Assembly: GCA_951406725.2 (NCBI GenBank)
Contig: OX597817.1
Span: 5,766,001-5,830,000 of the forward strand
From: Octopus vulgaris
Taxonomy: Eukaryota
DNA: 64,000 nt
Reading direction: 5' to 3'
The notes under the pieces: model-generated
What the model was told of the DNA's origin: nothing
The model's database searches: none
The model's input: the letters and a program-made list of their open reading frames with translations, nothing else
Shown here: positions 25,851 through 39,825 of the stretch, piece by piece
How positions within the stretch are numbered: position 1 is the first letter of the stretch
How the letters are laid out: the number at the start of each line of letters is the position of its first letter
Position numbers and translations under genes: made by a program

Positions 25851-27450
25851 ATCGAAACATTTTATATCACTTCGAGCATATTAATAACTTACTGACGTAA
25901 ACATCAATGATATAAAGACATCCAATTCTCAATAGTATTAGAGGTGTGGATGTGCCAACACACTCGGTCTGCCTTATTTATGCTTCCCAGTTTTATCAGT
26001 TATGCTTCCCTCAGTTTATAAATGACTTATTCAGTTTACTCTATGTTACTGCTTACTTCATACACCGTGCACACCCTTGAACACGAATACGAACAAGCAA
26101 GGGTCATATGATCGCTGTTCAATGAGTGCTGAGCAACATAGTTTGCTTGACCATCTGCAAAATATAGTCGTCACTTATGAAAACCCATGATGACGTTTTA
26201 GACACACCTTAATTGTGTGACAGTGACAGAGATGCATACTGCATCTACTGAAATCTATATACTGTACCTGTTCCTTCTGGTAATTTGAAATTGATGTATG
26301 TAATTTCAAATACATGCTTGAAATATTGTGCACTGGTTTTATTTTAAATTATGCATTTGTAAAACGCTTAAATTGATACGCGATTATCAGTAACTGGGAT
26401 TCTATCAGATCACAGTCGAAGATAATTGATTTGAGAAAATGCATAAAGGTCACACAAAGTCATGTCTTAAATAATTTTTAAGAAATCTTAATTTTGAAAC
26501 AAATTGTTTTATTAGTTTTAACTGATTACCGATATCGGAGATGGTAGTGAGAAAGAAAACATTTTACTAAACAGAGATGAATCTACAGATGATTATCATT
26601 GCATTAATTTTCATTGATCCAAGCTCAATAAAATATACTCCTGTTATATCCTGATATTGATTCAACCAAGTTCATACCAAACTAATTTATCATTGTACCT
26701 AATTAGGACTAATAACGATTTTAATTGTTCTCAGCCAGACAGCAGACATCATCACACCTAAAAGAAATTGCTTGCTTTTAGTATTTTTGAATACATTAGA
26801 TATTTAGCCACATCATCGCCCCTTTGTGTCGAATAATCTCCTTTACTGAATTATATTCCTTATTTATCTATCAGCCCCTTATCATTCTATGCTACCTAAG
26901 TAGCATAGAACTTGAAATACCCACTTCCTTGAGTATACTATTCATACATCTTAAAGGCTCATGTAAAGTAATTTCTAAGGCAAATTTTCTGTCCTCTCTG
27001 GATGGTTTTCATTCTTTTCCGCCAAGGTATGTGTTATCAATAATTTATATAGAATTTCTTTGGATAAGTGAAAATTATCGAAACTTTTATCGTAAAACAG
27101 TAATGGTATTTTTATTCGAACTTTATTAAATGCGTAAGATAAGCTTTTTGTATAGTTGATTTCTTTATCTCATGGAAACTTCGTGCAGATAAGTTGAAGT
27201 GGGTGACGATTTTGAAGTTCAATGGTTTATCGTTCGTATTATTTTACCGCACTTCGATACGTCAATGGTTCGAATAAATTAACTCTATATTACAATCTTT
27301 TCAACTACAAATATATAATATACAGGGTAAAATAATTATGTAGAAAGAATATAGAATTAGTCAATGCTTTCATGAGATACAGTATTGTGCGTAGATCTTA
27401 GGGGTTTCATCCCCGATAAAAGTCTCTATAAGTGACTCCGCCTTTAGTTA

Positions 27451-28319
27451 TCTACTACATATGTCGGAAATTCTGTCTGTGGGTGTGTTTGTGGAGTTGT
27501 TAGCTAACTCCTCCTACATCGTTTTATCAATTTTGATGAAACTTGACCCGTGAGTAGAATTCATCTCTCAAAACCTCATAACATACTCGGATTGTTGAAA
27601 AAAAATCGATAATAGCGCCCCTGGAAGGGATCCTTAGATATATAATATATTTTATTTTAAAAACCAAGGGAAATAACCCATTCGCCCCTGGAAGGGATCC
27701 TAATATGTAGCTAAGGGAAATAACCCAGTCATGTTCGTAAATTATTTAGTAAAAAGGAAATTGAGTATGCTTATTTCTTAGTATTTGAATTGTTAGAGTT
27801 ATTTTCACAATTTATCCAGTACAACCCTTAAACAAGTAAATTATTTTCCTAAACAATAGATCCACTTATTTCGGTTAGTGACTTGAAATGCACAAAAGTC
27901 CTTTTCAGAGTTATTTACTTTGAATTGTTATTATCTTATATCAGATTAACCTGTTATTACGTAACATTCTTCACGATTTTAGTATACGTGCTATTATTTA
28001 TTAGTAAATCCTCCTATGTTCTATATACTCTGGAAATACATTAAAGCCCTATTCGAGGCTACTTTATTTGAATTCTTACTACCGAGTAACTAATTTCATG
28101 TTATTACATAACTGAATTCAGAATTTGGGTATTCATAACTTATTGGGAATTGCTAAAAATACGATCCTCTGTAAGATAGTTCGCTATTTTCTGTAAATGC
28201 AGACAAACCGTTTTAAGGGCTACATACTTTGTATTGTTATTGGATTGGTGAAACAATTATGAGAACGGAACCAAGGGATAAGCCTCGTTTTCCCGGGAGT
28301 TACCGGGTACGTCAGCTCC
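27451..28319 (+). mobile_element. Non-autonomous Helitron with degenerate 3' end
   Basis: A|TCTACTACATATG start, 3' hairpin CCCGGGAGTTACCGGG followed by TACGTCAGCT. Internal repeats CGCCCCTGGAAGGGATCC x2 and AAGGGAAATAACCC x2. Confidence 0.7.
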
Positions 28320-28724
28320 TACCTTACTACTTAAAACGTAGCGGTAAATTTCACAAAATCTAATGAGCTGCGTCCGCTATTTATGCTCGAGACATTTTGT
28401 TTAATTTACATTTAAGCTCATTCGTACATTGTTATAAGCATAGTTTACGAAATACTTCTCGAGTAATATTCGAACAGTAAATTGTTTCGCAGTTTTTCAT
28501 TCCTCATTCTTTACACACATTTCGTATTGCGTGGAAATTCGTCATCCATTTCTAAAGCACAATAGCAGGAGCTTATCTCACCGCTAACTTAATTACGGGT
28601 GGATGATTTTTTACTTTACTTGTTGCAGATTTGGCAGGATTTGACAAATATCAATGAATTAGGTAGAAATGCGCCTGTGTGTGTGTGTGCGTGTGTATTC
28701 ATGCACCTAAATGATATTTGTATA

Positions 28725-28941
28725 CAAGGGGGTGCTGAAAAATTCCTCGCTTTGGGTAAAAGAAAATACAAGGGAATCAGTTAATTATGATTTTATTCAA
28801 CATATTTCCCTCTCAGATTCACACACTTATTGCAGCAGTCCTTCAGTTTTTCTAAGCCCTCTAAAAGAACTCGAAATGTTGGGCCTCTAACCAGGCCTTT
28901 CACGACTCCCTTAAAGACAAGAAATTTTCAGCAGCCCCTCT
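28725..28941. mobile_element. Mariner-derived MITE
   Basis: TA|CAAGGGGGTGCTGAAAAATTCCT ... AAGAAATTTTCAGCAGCCCCTCT|TA. Confidence 0.75.
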
Positions 28942-29089
28942 TATATAATCGATTATATTTAAATATACTTATTTGTATATGCGTGTGTGTATAGAAAGAG
29001 AGAGAGAAAGATACATATATACACACGCACGATGCAAACAGAGAATAGAATTTAAAGCATAATTGTGTGTGTATGTATATATATATATG

Positions 29090-29137
<48 letters not shown>

Positions 29138-30718
29138 TATGTATCAGTTGAATAAATTTGAAACATGGTCTGAACGGAAATAACAGCAATAATATAACAA
29201 CCAGTTCATGATGTGGATTGAAAAATATCTTTAACGTATGAACAGAAACACATTACAGAAGACTCACACAAATTGAAATTAAAACGATTGAAACCAACTA
29301 AGTTTGCTCATTCATAAAACCGCAATCTAATTAGCTAAAATAAAGGCGGGATCTATGCCCGTAATATCGACACATCCGGAAAACCGTGGCGTTTAAGCTG
29401 CATGCGGATTGGTCAAAACCGTATTCAAAAAATTCAGCTTGTTGGAGCCTTCTAAGAGGTATAGAAAGGAAGATGTCAGTCATTTTACTACAGTTGTCAA
29501 GCTCTCAACTCTCAGTTAAATGCACTTTGAAATCTGATGATTACTACGAAGTTATGAAAGCACTAATTGAACTTTATGAACATTACAAAATATCTTTTTC
29601 ATGTTTAATAAACTTCGACACTGTAAAAATTTTTTCTAATATGATAATACAAAATGTGAAAACCAGACCATGTTTTAACTTTATTCAACGGATATATTAT
29701 TCTATACAAATTTACACCACAAATTCGGAATATATGTGTGTGTGTGTGTCAGATGGCTGTCATCACGTTTTTAATATCTTTTTCGTTACCCACTTTTCAC
29801 AACACGCCTCTGTTTGCTTATGAGAAACATACTTTCTCAATTGTAACATTTATATAGGTAGAAACACTCTCCCTAACTCTGCAATAATATGAAAGTGCAA
29901 ATGTTTAAAACCTAATCTAACGCCACGCACTAACCTCCTAACTCCTGGACCGCACCCCTTGACAACCGTAAAGGGCACATATTTACTTTGCCCCTTTCAT
30001 GCTGGGAAACTATATCCTCCGCAGCGAAGGTAAGTTATTTCTTAACATGCTCTTCGCATTTATGTTTTAAAAGGAACCTAAGGAGGTAAGCGTGTGGCGG
30101 CAGACTTAGTTTTAAGCATTTCCAAGAGTGGAAAAGTGTGTCTGCCTTTGAATATGACTCGAATGAATGAACAAATATGTATAGCAAAGAGTTGGTAACG
30201 ATTAGTTCATAGCGTGGAGGAAGTCCTCTAGAAATATACACAACATACACATACGCACGCACGCGCGGTAATTGTTTCCAGAAAACTTGTCTGGCGGGTC
30301 AAGAGAAATTCAGAAGTCCGTTTATAGGACTTCTGAAATAGTTACACCTCAATTAAAGGAGGCGGTAGATTACAAATTACCGGGACAGCCGGATGGTGTA
30401 AACGTGTTCGACGCCTATGCAACTTTAGTGTACAACTGAGCTAATCTGTTCTCAAATACATATACATCCAACTAATTCGTGTATACGTCAGTTTCGCTTA
30501 CTTTCCCAAGCTGCATGGATGATAACGCCTTCAGGCGAAACATTACACTCCACATGAGCCGATTTTTGTAATACTTGACTGTTACATTATTTTATCAACC
30601 TCGAAAGGATGAAACGCAAGTTCACTTCAGTGTTATTTGAACTCAGAATACTAACGACTCTAACTTCTTTAGCAATAATAATAATAATAATAATAATAAT
30701 AATTATAATAATAATTTT

Positions 30719-31295
30719 GCGAGCTGGCAGAAACGTTAGCACGCCGGGCGAAATGCGTAGTCGTATTTCGTCTGCCATTACGTTCTGCGTTCAAATTCCG
30801 CCGAGGTCGACTTTGCCTTTCATCCTTTCGGGATCGATTAAATTAAGTACCAGTTACGCACTGGAGTCGATGTAATTGACTTAATACCTATGTCTGTCCT
30901 TGTTTGTCCTCTCTGTGTTAGCCCCTTGTGGGTAATAAAGAAATAGGTATTTCACCTGTTTTTACGTCCTGAGTTCTAATTCTGCCATGGTCGACTTTGC
31001 CTTTCATCCTTTCGGGGTCGATATATTACGTACCGGTTACGCACTATGGTCGATGTAATCGACTTATTCCCTTTGTCTGTCCTTGTTTGTCTTCTCTGTG
31101 TGTAGCCCCTTGTGGGTAGTAAAGAAATAGGTATTTCATTCGTCTCTTTACGTTCTAAGTTGAAATTCCGTCGAGATTGACTTCATTATTCATCCTTTCG
31201 CGGTCGATAGAAAGAGTACCACTTGAGCGCTGGGGTCGATGTAATCGACTTACCCCCCTCCATCTAACTTCCTGGGCTTGTGCCAAAATTTGAAA

Positions 31296-31296
<1 letters not shown>
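30719..31296 (+). mobile_element. SINE family A head-to-tail trimer
   Basis: Units start at 30719, 30946 and 31130. Units 2 and 3 begin at the internal GGTATTTC. The last unit has tail variant 2 plus (ATT)n. Confidence 0.88.
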
Positions 31297-31348
<52 letters not shown>

Positions 31349-31999
31349 TTTGATGTTGTTCATTCTCATCATTATCGATTGCATAAATTCATATACTACC
31401 GTCATCATTGCTTCACCAATCCTTACCAATTTACTCGCGAAACGTAAATATTTTGCTAACGAAATAGATATGAGATTGGTAGTGTGAGAGTGAAGCGGCG
31501 CTGATTCAGAAACTGCCCCACCACTAACAATCTCCGGGTGGATTCAGTTGTTAAAATAAATGGATGTCACCATGGTTCTTAAAAGCTGTGTGAATGTTAG
31601 GTGTATGGCTGCGTGTGGAAGTGTGTCGGGCCTGGGTGGCGTTTGTGAGCAGCTATTACTTTTCTAGCAAAACAGAGGGATCGGATAGGGTGCTTTGTAG
31701 CATGGTTTATCAGTAGTAATGTTGTTTCTCTGTAATAGAGGTGGTGAAGTTAAGCTGAGATCTTATGCCTATTATTGATGTCTAGTGTGAGAAATGAGGT
31801 ATTTGTTTTCATTTTTCTTTCCTCCTGCTGAAATAGTTTATTATATTTTCTCATGTTGGTGAGCAGAGGTATTTTACGAATGGATGTGTAAATATCTTCG
31901 GGAATACGTGTGTTGTACGCACACGCGTGGCTTGTATTTTTGATTATTGCAGATGTTGGATTGTGCGCGCGCAGTTGTGTAATTTATATATGTATATAC

Positions 32000-32652
32000 A
32001 ATAGCGGTCCGAAAGCATAAGCACAAAGCCGAATAAAGGGAGGTGGCAATGAAATTGCGCAGGTGAAGGGGTGCATTTGCTTAGGACAGACAATAAGTAT
32101 GGGCTGAAGCGTGAATATTGAAATCTTGTCGAGTTAGAGCAGATTGGAAGGCGTCTGTCTCAATTAAAGATGTACTGAAAATAGAGCTGAGAAAGTGCCC
32201 TGTGTGCCAATCTCTTCAACAGCACCATCGTTCGTGGGCTCTTACATGCTAGTGCAGCGTGTTATTCTCTGAAGAAAGAAGAATTACTTGTAGGTACAGC
32301 ACAGAGAGCCATGGGAATATATCCATGCTAGCAATATCATTACGGCAGCTTATCCTAAGGGAGGTAATTTGAAAAGTGAGTGGAGTAAACGATGTGATCG
32401 CAGAATAGCGAAATCACAAGTGCCGCTGCGGTTACATGTTTCAAGTTTCACAGACAACAGTTGAACCCGTGCAGTTGTCAAGCGGCATCCAAGAAACAAG
32501 AAACTAACCAGATGATCTGAAGACGATGCTAGGTCGACATAGTCATAAACTTCGGGCACAAATGTAAAAACAAAATGGAAAACGCAATCAAGGGAAGAAT
32601 TGAAACGCCCTGTGACCAGCGATGTGTAAGAGTATGTGATAGCCTAGTCAAG
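32000..32652 (+). mobile_element. RTE-clade LINE 3' remnant
   Basis: Fragments IKDVLK, ANLFNSTI, AQRAM, SGVNDVI and TDNS*TRAV..HPRNKK match the RTE C-terminus (QRAMER, DNRWT, PRxxKR). Confidence 0.75.
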
Positions 32653-33033
32653 TGTAAAGTATGGCCGAATATCTAAGAAGTTCGCTTCGCAACAACAAGG
32701 TTCGGTACCATTGCGTGGCATCTTCGAGAAGTGTCTATATGCCGGCATGTATGGTAACTTGGGCTTACTTATATATACAGAAATGATTGTGAACTGAAAT
32801 GTACAGATTCGCTCGTGCATACACATACACACACGCTCACACTCATTCATCAACACAAAACTAAGAAACAAAGATAGCTGTCAAACAAGGTTATAGAATC
32901 ATGAAGACTCAGCACTTTATTAGAATTGTCAACACCGCTTCATGGGATCGATGGCATTGGCAACATTTTATTAAATGTGATCGTTGAGACTTTATAACAT
33001 TCACTTTCTTTTTCTTGATATTACTACTGTAGG

Positions 33034-33261
33034 GTTAGAGCAGATTGAAAGGCGTCTGTCTCAATTAAAGATGTACTGAAAATAGAGCTGAGAAAGTGCC
33101 CTGTGTGCCAATCTCTTCAACGGCACCATCGTTCGTGGGCTCTTACATGATAGTGCAGCGTGTTCTTCTCTGAAGAAAGAAGGATTACTTCTAGCTACAG
33201 CACAGAGAGCCATGGGAATATATCCATGCTAGGAACATCATTACGGCAGCTTATCCTAAGG
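33034..33261 (+). repeat. 228-bp direct duplicate of RTE segment 32133-32360
   Basis: Colinear, with about ten substitutions by eye. Confidence 0.9.
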
Positions 33262-33460
33262 CAGAATCGTTGGTACGCCAGACAAAATGATTCGCTGCAT
33301 TTCTGCCGACTTTACGTTCTGGGGGTCAAATTCCGTTGAGATTGACTTTGCCTTTCATCCTTTCAGGATCAGTTGAATAAGTACCAGTTGAACCCAGGGG
33401 TCAATGTAAATCGACTGGATTCCCTTCCCACAAAATTGAAAGCCTTGTGCCTACATCATA
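33260..33460 (+). mobile_element. SINE family A, tail variant 2, diverged
   Basis: GGCAGAATCGTT head, GCCTTTCATCCTTTC domain, GCCTTGTGCCTA tail. Confidence 0.75.
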
Positions 33461-36400
33461 AAAATATATTATTGTTCTTGTTATTACTGTTGTCAGTATA
33501 TCCTTACTGTTACCACCGCAGTGGTTATTCTATCACCTTCCTTATTGTTCCTCCTTAGCATTGTGTGTGACAATTGTTATTGTTCAGATAATTATGTTAT
33601 AGTTATTGCTGCTGTTTTCATGAGATTACAGCTGTTGATATCATTGCTAATGTGATTACGGTTATTGTCTTTATTGTTTTAATGTTGCTCTCATTGCTGC
33701 CTTCCTTCTCGCTTTTGTTGTTTCAATTGTGTCTGTTCCTATCTTGCTTTTATTTTCCTGTGGTTTTCCTTAACAACATTTTAGTATCTGCTTTCGCGTA
33801 TTAATTTGCATTCGGTTTCGTTTCTGTTGTAGTTGTAGTTATTGTGCTTGCTGCCGCTATTAACGTTGATCTCGTTACTGTTATTACACGCGATTATCTT
33901 ATTACACGTGATTATCTTATGACTTTCGTTCTTGTTTATTTTACACGCTAGAATTATTTTTAAACCGGCACATAGGTTGCAAAGCGCGATCGGAAGAGGC
34001 AAAAAGAAAGATAAAGGAAAGAATATGATGATGTACTGATACTATTTGGGTTGATGTTGTTGTCAGCAGTAGCTGTGCTAATGATGATGTTGGTGGTGGA
34101 GCGTTTGAAAGTTCATTGCGTCATTTAATATAGTGATTGCTGGAGAGGCAGCATTTAAGAGTAATTGGAATGGAAACGATGTCTACATAAATAGACGGTG
34201 TAGGTTTGAAAATAATCCGCATTTATGTGTGTGAGTGTGTATGCACTTGTGTGTTTGTGTGTCTGTGTACGCATATACGTATCCATCTGTGTGCATCTGT
34301 GAGTGCCAGAACGTATATTCGTACTTGTGTTATGTGTTCATATATATATATATAAACATATGAATACATCTGTGTTAGTGCAGAGATGATTGTGCTGTTA
34401 GAAATGACGTTACTATGAAAACATGGTGTCTGGTTCGATACCACTGTGCGGTACCGTATGAATCTATCTTTTATTTAATTGGACATGACATAAATTTTGC
34501 TTGCGGTATTTCGTAAATAGAAACTGTGCTGAAGTCTGCCCCATATGTTTAGATGTATATCATCAAAACTATCTGGATCACAGCGAGAAGAGGAAAACGG
34601 TACTTTACGAATAACGTTCATTGGGGTATTTGTTCTACATCGAGTTACGCCATCATTTTCACTCTAAATCCAAGTCTATCATGTATGCATGCATCCATAT
34701 ATGTACGTATGTCTGTATATATGTATGTATGTAACAATGTGCATCAATACATATATATGCATAAAACGATAATTCATAATTCGGTCCTTTACATGAAGAA
34801 GTGACGCAATCTATAGAATATATGCAGACTGAAAAAGTTACTGCGGTCAATATAGCCAACTAAAATCCTTTAAATTCGATGCCTACACCTAGCTATAGAC
34901 CAACGCCTGAAAGTAGTAAAGGGATAAAATAATACAAATATTTGGAATATCTAAACTTATTGCTTACATACGATAAATACATGAACAAAATATTGTGATA
35001 AAACCAAATGCACTAATTACTTATATGTACAGATGTAAATTTATATTATGAATAGATAATGAGCAATTGTCCATAAATATTCTTTTTGTCATATGTTCTG
35101 ATAGAAGTGTTTGATCAGTCTCTTACCGTAAGTCCGTATTTTCAGTGGCTAACATACAAATATGTGATATGCACGCCACTCATAGATGACGGAAAGAACT
35201 TCTAGAGCTGATCCCGAAGTTCATAATCAGTACAATTTATTCAGAGACATCATAAATATCATCACTATTAAAACCCATCTTCTCCAACAAGTTAGATATT
35301 ATACTGCTGATTTAGAAATGTCAAATCACGAAATTTTCGTTACATCTTATAGAAATTTACAAAATAAATAAATAAACGAAAATAGACTGAAATATTATGC
35401 AAACAAAACTACTTAGAACTGTTGGTACCATAGCCTTAATAACCCATTATATTTTGAGAGGTCATTCTGAGCTGATATAGAAAAATACGACCTAATGTTT
35501 CAGGGATTTTCAAATTTTACATCGTAAAGGAGTCTGCTCTATCGCTCAGGTACAATTACATCGGATTGTATATGCTGGTTTAGAAGGCTCAAACTGCTGC
35601 CTAATTCCAATACTTGTTGAGTGTATGTAAATAGAACATGTTAGCTACAATCAACTGTCGAACTTTCCAGGTGTAAATTTATCAATACCTTGCTTGAATT
35701 ATGCACCAACCCTCAATAAAAACGGGGCTGGGAGAACTGGTGTCGTATCCACACATACATGTACACGCCCCACCACACACATACACACGAGTATCGACAC
35801 ATACACAGCATTCGAATACCCTCGAGTACAAATATTCTATTCGAGGTTCAGATACATTCATCTAAGTGCAAGCATACAAGCCTAAGTGCAAACACTTCCA
35901 CTTAAATACACTCGAAACACTGGCACATAGGTACTCACTTATACATCCTTACACAAATACGTACATATATATACATGTGTGTGTGTGTGTGTGTGAACGC
36001 TCTGTGCACTCAGATATTACAAATACACACGGGCCCAAACATACACTCATGAGCACACAGAGAAAAATTATGATGGGAATGAAGCCATCTCCACCTCAAA
36101 CATCTTTGTATTCTCTACTCCCAGGGTATGATGACGGTAGGTAGCTTTTAAATGGTGCTATAATATTGGTACATTTCTCAGCATGTATTAGCTATGAATA
36201 TATGTTTTATTATTACTTTTCTGCTTGTTGTTGTCATTGTTGCTCTATTTTATACACGGTTCTCTTTTTAGATACAGGAAATACCTCTTTAAGCGCCACA
36301 CCATCGCCCCACCCCCACCTACAGCCATGTTGCTGTTAATATATATCTGAGAATGTAGGCGACAAACTTAACGATACAAGGCGAGTAGGATGCGGTTTTT

Positions 36401-36559
36401 TTTTAGTAGGGTCGGGGAAAGGGGCACAGATAAGAGGTGTGTGTTGTGTGGATGATTTAGAATGATGTGGTGTTTGGAAACTTTAGAATAAAGGTGAAAG
36501 GTTCCTCTTCGAATTTCCAGCAATATGATGATAGTTCACACCCTCTCTCCCCCTCTTAT

Positions 36560-36813
36560 AATATGTGTACGCATGTATGTCTGTATTTGTGTATGTATTT
36601 TCACTGAAAGGTTATACACGCACACACGCGTGTGTGTATATACATACATACATATATATGTGCGTGTGTGTATGTATATATATGTATATATATGTATAAG
36701 TATGTATATACTATGTATGTATATATATATATATATATATATGTGTGTATGAATGTATATATATATATGTATAAATGTATGTATGTATATGTATAAATGT
36801 ATATATGTATATG

Positions 36814-36864
<51 letters not shown>

Positions 36865-37174
36865 ATGTGTATGTATATATATATATATGTATTGTTTTAT
36901 TGTTTTTCTTGTTTCAGTCACGCTGGAGCAACGCTTTTCGTCTGACAAAATAAATCCCATGATTTATTCTTTGTAAGCTTAGTACTTATTCTATCGGTTT
37001 CTTTTGCCAAACCGCTAAGTTACAGGCACATCAAAGCAGCAACATCGGTTGTCAAACGATGATGGGTACAAACACAGACACACACAAACAAATACACACA
37101 TATATACAACAGCCTTCTTTCAGTCTCCGTGTAAAAAATCTACTCAGAAGGCTTTGGTCGGTTTACGGTAATAG

Positions 37175-37243
<69 letters not shown>

Positions 37244-37354
37244 GTATATATATATACATGCACACATATATTCATACACATATATACACATACACATGTA
37301 TATATACACACACTTGTATATGTATATATATGTATGTATATGTAAAGATATATA

Positions 37355-37385
<31 letters not shown>

Positions 37386-37420
37386 GTATACATATATATT
37401 CATGTATGTATATCTATACA
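36560..37420. repeat. Compound TA/TG/TATG microsatellites with an embedded partial SINE B (36905-37165, minus)
   Basis: Direct inspection. Confidence 0.85.
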
Positions 37421-38027
37421 TATAAATTTAAAATGAGCGATTCTTTCTTGTCTTGGGATTCGTGGTCAAACGGCTGGGTGGAACTGCACGAAACATTACT
37501 CCTGTGTAAAATGATCCAGTGGTGATGCTGGGCTTTGTATTTTTCATAGCTCCTATGAAAATCCACTCTACTGATAATCCACTATAATGATACTCTTGTG
37601 TTTATGAATGAGAAAGGAAGGGGTGATAAATGAATAAAGAAGGAAGGGGTGATGGCATACTTGGTAGTGGGATGATGAAAAAATAAATCAAACAGCGTTT
37701 CAACATTGTGGGAATATGTGTGTATGTAAAAGGAGAGTATGTGAATGTGTGTGTATGTGTATGTTTATGTGTGTGTGTGCGTGTGCGCACGCAATGGAAG
37801 TGGGATAGTTTATCGTTGTTTGCTTAGTATTTTGGGGTTTTTTTCATTTGGTTGAATCTTGTTTTTTTCTTTTGTTAGTTATTTTTAGCGTTTTGAGAGA
37901 AAGGAGTCATTCCAACATTTTTTAACGTAAGCGTGCGCAAACAATTCGAATTCTTACAGGGAGCAGGTTTTACAGCCACATCATCCAAACCGACCAGGTG
38001 AAACCGGGCTTAGCTGCCAGTGTGCAT

Positions 38028-38476
38028 TTGTATATATATATATATATGTATATATATATACATATGTATGTATGTATATATGCATATGTATATGTATGTA
38101 TGTATATGTATGTATATGTGTATATTTATATATGTATGTGTATATTTATATATGTATGTATATATATATATACATATGTATATATATATATGTATATGTA
38201 TATATATATGTATATGTATATATATATGTATATGTATGTATATATATATATGTATATGTATGTATATATATATGTATATGTATGTATATATATATGTATA
38301 TGTATGTATATATGTATATGTATGTATATATGTATATGTATGTATATATGTATATGTATGTATATATGTATATGTATGTATATATATATATATGTATATG
38401 TATGTATATATATATATGTATATGTATGCATATATATATATGTATATATGTATATGTATATATATATGTGTGTGTA

Positions 38477-38519
<43 letters not shown>

Positions 38520-38602
38520 ATGTATGTATATGTGTATATATATATATATGTATGTGTATGTATGTATATGTGTATATATATATATATATATGTATGTGTA
38601 TG

Positions 38603-38635
<33 letters not shown>

Positions 38636-38675
38636 ATGTATATATGTATGTATATATATATATATGTGTGTGTGT
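38028..38675. repeat. About 650-bp compound (TA)n/(TATG)n tract
   Basis: Almost purely alternating purine-pyrimidine. Source of the spurious 200+ aa ORFs. Confidence 0.95.
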
Positions 38676-38818
38676 GGTAAGTAGCTTGCTTACGAACCAC
38701 ATGATTCCGGGTTCAGTCCCACTGCGTGACACCTTGGGCAAGTGTCTTCTACTATAGCCTCGGGCCACCTAAAGCCTTGTGAGTGGATTTGGTAGACGGA
38801 TACTGAAAGAAGTCAGTC

Positions 38819-38866
<48 letters not shown>

Positions 38867-39058
38867 TTGTACCTCCCAACATCGCTTGACAACCGATGCT
38901 GGTGTGTTTACATCCCCGTAACTTAGCCGTTCGGCTAAAGATACCGATAGAATAAGTATTAAGCTTACAAAAAATAAGTCCTGGAGTTGATTTGCTCGAC
39001 TAAAGGCGGTGCTCCAGCATGGCCACATTCAAATGACTGAAACAAGTAAAAGAGAGAG
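38670..39058 (+). mobile_element. SINE family B
   Basis: GTGTGGTAAGTAGCTTGC...ACCTTGGGCAAGTG (CORE-like) ... CAAATGACTGAAACAAGTAAAAGAG. Confidence 0.9.
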
Positions 39059-39094
39059 TATATTTATGTATATATATATGTATATGTGTGTGTG

Positions 39095-39125
<31 letters not shown>

Positions 39126-39373
39126 GTATGTATGTATAAGTACATATATATGTGAAAAGGTTTTCGTCCTTTAATTTGGAGGATTCCAAAAACGATTTCT
39201 AATATAGATTCTTGGTTTGCTGGTATCTTACTGGAGTAAGTTTGCGAATACGAAAATAATACTTGTATTTGGTGTGTTATGTAAATTTATGGAAATTAAT
39301 CCCATAAAGCTCAACAAATATGTTTAAAATGGGAAAGGGAAGATGCTAACGCGTAAGATAATTTTTATTCGTG

Positions 39374-39476
39374 CAAGCGATCGTTTGGTACAGCGATATT
39401 AGAATCATGGAAATTCATAGTTGAATAGAAATAATTAAATTAAATTAAAATAATTATATATCACCGTTCTCAGTGA
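39374..39476 (-). ncRNA. Degenerate homologue of the long-stem-II HHR at 47778
   Basis: CACTGAGAACGGTGATAT...AT-rich insert...ATATCGCTGTACCAAACGATCGCT aligns with 47780-47882 but has core lesions. Confidence 0.5.
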
Positions 39477-39825
39477 AAGAAGTATAAACAGAAAATTATT
39501 ACAAAGGACTTGATAAAGGAAATAGAAGAGAAAGACTTTCGGATATTCATATTTATCCTTACGAGAAAGAAACAAGAATATGAGTCTAGTTAGGTATAAG
39601 CTTAAGCTCAGTTTATAACTAAAACTCAACCAGGGACGTCAAGGGACAGTAAGTTTCTGCGTGTAGATGTACAAACAGATGAGGTGTCTCGCAATCGAAA
39701 ATCTGCTATGTTATAAAATCAGTATGCTATGAAAAAATATTCTTTTTTTATAAACTTTATAATAAACCTGAATGAATAAGATTGCATTTATATGGAGTGG
39801 AATTCACATAAAATATATGAAGTAC

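Noticed and set aside
29528-29572. CTGATGA...GAAAGCACTA HHR-like match
   Set aside because: Stems I and II are too weak, and this is expected by chance in AT-rich DNA.
29386-29823. 145-aa ORF
   Set aside because: GTG start, no recognisable motif, no splice support.
30021-30035. GCAG|CGAAG|GTAAGT 5-nt microexon
   Set aside because: Weak pyrimidine tract, frame-shifting length, repeat-like context.
30515-30552. GCC TTCA GGC GAAAC hairpin resembling HHR stem II
   Set aside because: The core reads ATGATAA and there is no convincing stem I or III.
37998-38768. Overlapping 200-250 aa ORFs ([11 protein letters not shown])
   Set aside because: Translations of stop-free TA/TG microsatellite. The same applies to similar ORFs throughout the window.
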